Made by a program: the position numbers and the translations under genes
DNA from: a bacterium UBP13_UBA5359
GTDB taxonomy: Bacteria > UBP13 > UBA5359
Reading direction: 5' to 3'
Assembly: GCA_002410925.1 (NCBI GenBank)
Contig: DHPR01000012.1
Span: 330,669 to 350,668, forward strand
DNA length: 20,000 bases
Part shown: one piece after another, positions 16,322-20,000 of the stretch
Layout of the letters: the number at the start of each line of letters is the position of its first letter
Numbering within the stretch: position 1 is the stretch's first letter
The notes under the pieces: generated by a model
Database searches by the model: none
Told to the model about the DNA's origin: nothing
Seen by the model: the letters and a program-made list of their open reading frames with translations, nothing else

Positions 16322-16351
16322 TTGACACTCCTTATCCTTTTAAGCTAGAAT
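16322..16351 (+). promoter_or_regulatory. Putative sigma70/SigA promoter
   Basis: TTGACA (16322-16327), 18-nt spacer, TAGAAT (16346-16351), upstream of the CDS at 16480. Confidence 0.65.
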
Positions 16352-16479
16352 TACAGAAGCGTGGCAGAAAGACCGAACGGCGGTAAGTATGCTCGACGGC
16401 AGGCTTGGATCCAGGCATATCTGTATCGGTGAAAGTTCTGGGACCATGGATTAGAAATCAGGAATAGAGGAAGCATGAA

Positions 16480-17553
16480 ATGGAACGCTTTGCTTTTATA
16501 TTACACCCTTTAACGCTGGATGATGTGCGCCGCTGGCAGCCGGCGGTTGCTGACAGGCCAGATGCCGTGCTGGAAAAGATGCTGGAGGGGATGCCTCCCT
16601 TTAAAGTATCGCATGTAACCGGCATACGCTCTGCCGCCGGAGCCGAGGCGGAAGGATGGTTTGTGGGCTGTCCGTTGACAGCACGGCAAATGATGGCGCT
16701 GGATGCGGATTTTGTTATAAAGAAGATTATCGAGGCTGCCGCTATGGCGGAGACGCTGGGGGCCGGTATAGTTGGCCTGGGAGCGTTCACGGCCGTAGTA
16801 GGAGATGGTGGCATAACGGTATCCAGGAACATAAATATCCCTGTGACCACCGGCAATAGTTATACTGTAGCCACTGCCGTGGAGGGGGCTCTTCATGGTG
16901 CGGAGTTGATGGGCATAGACCCATCTGCAGCCACTGTAGCCGTAGTGGGCGCTAATGGATCCATCGGCAAGGTTTGCTCATGTATCATGGCAGATAAAAC
17001 GGCTGCACTAAAGCTGGTGGGGCGCAGGATTGAAGCATTGGAAGCTCTGGCTGCAGATCTTGATGGACGTAAAGCGGTCGTCTCCGCCACTACCGATATA
17101 AAGGCCGGTCTGGCTGCGGCGGATATAATCCTGACCGTTACCAGCGCCACAGATGTTATTATCGAAGCTGACGACCTTAAGAGCGGCGCTGTAGTTTGTG
17201 ATGTTTCCAGGCCGCGTAACGTCTCTCGGCAGGTATCTGAAAGCCGTAATGATGTGTTGGTCATCGAGGGAGGAGTGGTGGCTGTTCCCGGAGAGGTGGA
17301 GTTCAATTTTAGCTTTGGCTTTCCTCCGCGAACGGCTTATGCCTGTATGTCGGAAACTATATTGCTGGCTCTGGATCAGCGTTATGAATCCTTTACTTTA
17401 GGCAAGGATATCTCGCTTAAACAGGTGAAAGATATCTCGGCCATGGCCGACAGGCACGGGTTTAAATTAGCTGGGTTCCGTAGCTTCGAGCGAGCTCTTT
17501 CTTCGGAACAGATTGCGGCCATAAGGCGCAATGCCGGCCGGTCGGCGTTATAA
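16480..17553 (+). CDS. Acyl-ACP reductase-like NAD(P)-dependent oxidoreductase (COG5322 type; often auto-annotated as shikimate dehydrogenase)
   Basis: FAFILHPL, GAGIVGLGAFT, VTTGNSYT, Rossmann VAVVGANGSIG, CDVSRPRNV, IEGGVV.VPG, and AYACMSET with Cys at codon 17344-17346. Confidence 0.8.
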   Translation: MERFAFILHPLTLDDVRRWQPAVADRPDAVLEKMLEGMPPFKVSHVTGIRSAAGAEAEGWFVGCPLTARQMMALDADFVIKKIIEAAAMAETLGAGIVGLGAFTAVVGDGGITVSRNINIPVTTGNSYTVATAVEGALHGAELMGIDPSAATVAVVGANGSIGKVCSCIMADKTAALKLVGRRIEALEALAADLDGRKAVVSATTDIKAGLAAADIILTVTSATDVIIEADDLKSGAVVCDVSRPRNVSRQVSESRNDVLVIEGGVVAVPGEVEFNFSFGFPPRTAYACMSETILLALDQRYESFTLGKDISLKQVKDISAMADRHGFKLAGFRSFERALSSEQIAAIRRNAGRSAL

Positions 17554-17586
17554 ATATTTTGTCACAATCAATTTTCGGCACGAGTT

Positions 17587-17615
17587 TTGACAAAGATTAT
17601 CAGTTGTTATATAAT
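17587..17615 (+). promoter_or_regulatory. Consensus sigma70/SigA promoter for greA
   Basis: Perfect TTGACA (17587-17592), 17-nt spacer, TATAAT (17610-17615). Confidence 0.88.
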
Positions 17616-17655
17616 CCTTTTTAAACATGGGGGTTCTGGCATTTAATGGCAATTT

Positions 17656-17680
17656 GCACTGGCGCAAGCCAGTGCTTCTT
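17656..17680 (+). terminator. Terminator-like hairpin in the greA 5' leader
   Basis: Perfect 8-bp stem GCACTGGC-GCAA-GCCAGTGC with a GNRA loop, followed by TTCTT. Confidence 0.6.
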
Positions 17681-17709
17681 CGTAAAATGCTGAAGGAGTG
17701 TTTGCATAG

Positions 17710-18177
17710 ATGGAAAAAGAGACCTATCTTACTCCGGAAGGCCTGAAGAAGCTTGAGGATGAGCTGGAGCATCTCAAGTCCTTCCATCGCAAGGAGATTG
17801 CCGAACGTATCCGGCAAGCCAAGGATTTCGGCGAGATATCCGAAAATCCGGAATATGAGGCGGCTAAGAATGAACAGGCCTTTCTGGAAGGCCGTATACT
17901 TACCTTGGAGAAGCTGCTTCGCAATGCTAAGCTCATAGATGAAACAGAGCGTCACACGAAGGTTAATATCGGTTCTCGTGTCCGGCTACGCGATATGGAA
18001 ACAAAGGAAGAGTTTGATTATACCATAGTCGGCTCAGCCGAGGCGGATCCTGCTCGTAACAAGATTTCCAACGAATCTCCGGTGGGCAGGGCTATCATGA
18101 ATGCCGGTAAGGGAAAGGTTGTCGAGGTCGATACACCGCAGGGAAGTTTGAAGTATAAGATAATATCGGTAAAATAG
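17710..18177 (+). CDS. greA: Transcription elongation factor GreA
   Basis: YLTPEG..KLE.EL..LK, A...GEISEN.EY.AAK.EQ...EGRI..LE, IVGS.EADP...KISNESPVG.A. SD AAGGAG. Confidence 0.97.
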   Translation: MEKETYLTPEGLKKLEDELEHLKSFHRKEIAERIRQAKDFGEISENPEYEAAKNEQAFLEGRILTLEKLLRNAKLIDETERHTKVNIGSRVRLRDMETKEEFDYTIVGSAEADPARNKISNESPVGRAIMNAGKGKVVEVDTPQGSLKYKIISVK

Positions 18178-18198
18178 TAGAAAGTATGTTCAATCTAT

Positions 18199-18230
18199 AA
18201 GCCCGCGGCATTGCGGGCTTCTTTCTGTCT
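18199..18230 (+). terminator. Intrinsic terminator after greA
   Basis: Stem-loop AAGCCCGC-GGCATT-GCGGGCTT (18199-18220) followed by the T-rich tail CTTTCTGTCT. Confidence 0.7.
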
Positions 18231-18255
18231 GTTAAGCGAGGTAGGGTGAAGACTT

Positions 18256-19839
18256 ATGGAATTACATTGGGCTGATTGGATGGCAGCCGAGGCACTGGGA
18301 ACACGAGGAACGCTGCATAGGGTAGCTACCGGCATAACCCCTTCAGGTCCTATTCACTTAGGTAATATTCGCGAGGTTATGACAGCCGATCTGGTGTATC
18401 GTAGTTTACAAAGCAAGAATATAGATCCTGATCTTATCTATATTGCCGATAGCTTCGATCCGTTAAGGAAGGTGTATCCCTTCCTTCCGGAAAGCTATCG
18501 GCAATATATCGGGAAGCCCCTGGCGCATATTCCGGATCCGCAGGGCTGCTGCGATAACTATGCTGAGCATTTTTTACAGCCCTTTCTTTGTGCTCTGGAG
18601 GAGCTGGGAATAAAGCCGCGGGTGCTAAGAGCAGATCGTCTATACAAAGAGGGCGCTTATACGAATGTGATAACCGAGGCTATGTCTTGTCGGGAAAAGA
18701 TATCCTCTCTTCTATCAGAAGTTTCCGGTCGTGAAATGCCGCTGAACTGGTCACCTCTTAATGCCCTTTGTCGGCAGTGTGGTAGGCTGAGCGGATCTGC
18801 CATAACAGGATTCAGGCCGGAACAGCATCAAGTAGATTATATCTGCGATTGTGGGTATGAAGGTACGGCTGATTACTCCATCGGAGAAGCCAAACTGGTC
18901 TGGAGAGTGGATTGGCCGGCGCGGTGGAAAGCGCTGAATATCACTATGGAGCCTTTCGGTAAGGATCATGCCGCTCCGGGCGGGTCATACGATACGGGTG
19001 TGCGTATCAGCCGCGAAGTCTTTGGTTATGAGCCTCCTTTCCCTATGGTTTACGAATGGATATATCTCAAAGGCCAGGGTGCCATGTCCAGCTCGACCGG
19101 AGTAGCCGTTTCCATTGAAGATCTGCTGGAGCTGATTCCGCCGCAGGTGGTCCGTTATCTGATTGCCCGAGCCCGACCGGAGAAGCATATCGAATTCGAT
19201 CCGGGCCAGGCATTGATAAATCTGCTAGAGGAATACGATAAGCTGGAGCGAATTCACTTTGGTGAAGAGCCGGCCGATGAGGCCAGTGCAGCTCAGGCAG
19301 GAAGACTTTATTCTCTAAGCCAGCCCGATGGCGAGGGTGAAGCCAGGCAGATGCGGATTCCTTTTCGGCATATGGTTGTTTCTGCTCAGATTGCCCGCGG
19401 CAGTTTCGGGCGCTTGAAAGAGGTTTTGAGCCGCAGCGGTTATGAGCAGGCTTTGCAGGATGAGGAGAGGACGAGGCGTGAGATGGAATACGCTCTGGTA
19501 TGGCTGGATAAATATGCACCGCCTGCGTTTATCTTTGAGGTTCGGGAAAAGCTTCCGAAAGAGGCCGGGTTGTTAAGCGCCGCACAGCGTCGGGCGTTGT
19601 TGCAAGTGGCTGAAAGGCTGGAGGGCTATAATCCAGATGCCAAAGAGCTGGAAAGCATGCTTTATACTGTAGCCGGTGAATCGGGGCTGAAATCCACACA
19701 GCTCTTTCAGGCGATTTACACGGTTATACTGGGCCAGAAATCAGGCCCCAGAGCGGCACCTTTTATCCTCTCTCTGGAAAGAGATTTTATTGTAAAAAGG
19801 TTACGGCAGGCTGCTGCAACGGAAGAGGAAAAGGCGTAG
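18256..19839 (+). CDS. lysS: Class I lysyl-tRNA synthetase (LysRS1, archaeal type)
   Basis: HWAD, TGITPSGPIHLGN.REV (HIGH-like), D..DPLRKV, IPDP.GC..NYAEHF, CxxC and CxC Zn-type motifs, KL.WRVDWPARW, EPFGKDH...GGSYD, AMSSS.G (KMSKS-like), GQKSGPR. Confidence 0.96.
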   Translation: MELHWADWMAAEALGTRGTLHRVATGITPSGPIHLGNIREVMTADLVYRSLQSKNIDPDLIYIADSFDPLRKVYPFLPESYRQYIGKPLAHIPDPQGCCDNYAEHFLQPFLCALEELGIKPRVLRADRLYKEGAYTNVITEAMSCREKISSLLSEVSGREMPLNWSPLNALCRQCGRLSGSAITGFRPEQHQVDYICDCGYEGTADYSIGEAKLVWRVDWPARWKALNITMEPFGKDHAAPGGSYDTGVRISREVFGYEPPFPMVYEWIYLKGQGAMSSSTGVAVSIEDLLELIPPQVVRYLIARARPEKHIEFDPGQALINLLEEYDKLERIHFGEEPADEASAAQAGRLYSLSQPDGEGEARQMRIPFRHMVVSAQIARGSFGRLKEVLSRSGYEQALQDEERTRREMEYALVWLDKYAPPAFIFEVREKLPKEAGLLSAAQRRALLQVAERLEGYNPDAKELESMLYTVAGESGLKSTQLFQAIYTVILGQKSGPRAAPFILSLERDFIVKRLRQAAATEEEKA

Positions 19840-19943
19840 CCTGCGGCAAAATATCTTCCGGGTTTAAAAACGTGAAATAAGTGCTTGAACGAAGGCTGTA
19901 TTTATCAATGGATGAAATCCGAATTTTGATGGCTTGAGATGAC

Positions 19944-19972
19944 TTGACATGAAAAGTGCGATGGTGTAACAT
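19944..19972 (+). promoter_or_regulatory. Putative sigma70/SigA promoter for a transcript beyond the window
   Basis: TTGACA (19944-19949), 17-nt spacer, TAACAT (19967-19972). Confidence 0.6.
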
Positions 19973-20000
19973 ACGGAAGCTGCATCACGGAAAGCGAGAT

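Noticed and set aside
16480-17553. Annotation as aroE shikimate dehydrogenase
   Set aside because: It lacks the AroE N-terminal motifs (SxSP, NVTxPxK, NTD); only the Rossmann domain is shared.
17576-17591. Sigma54-like site CGGCACGAGTTTTGAC upstream of greA
   Set aside because: It lacks the conserved GC at -12 (reads GA) and overlaps a perfect sigma70 -35 box that explains the sequence.

Overview
Bacterial chromosomal window, most consistent with a diderm (outer-membrane-bearing) Terrabacteria/Bacillota-like organism. That taxonomy is inferred from gene content and SigA-type promoters only. Positions 1-13576 form a mostly co-oriented, often overlapping cell-envelope glycolipid/LPS cluster. 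It holds the 3' part of an MsbA-like ABC exporter, a lipid-A-disaccharide-synthase-related GT-B protein, four GT2 proteins (one apparently fused to an LptC-like domain), two GT4 proteins, a DUF616 protein and a stand-alone metallophosphoesterase. It ends with an ArnC/GtrB-like GT2 + flippase-like + PHP hydrolase + ArnT-like GT-C module. An AT-richer ~2 kb block (2901-4965) interrupts the cluster. It carries two divergent GT genes around a decayed, internally deleted RAYT/Y1 HUH transposase remnant with imperfect inverted ends, which the ORF track misses. Positions 13616-20000 carry pyrK-pyrD, a HAD hydrolase (minus strand), an acyl-ACP-reductase-like oxidoreductase, greA with a consensus promoter and leader hairpin, and an archaeal-type class I lysyl-tRNA synthetase. 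A further promoter points out of the window. No tRNA, rRNA or CRISPR array was recognised. All family assignments come from motif recognition by eye, not from database searches.
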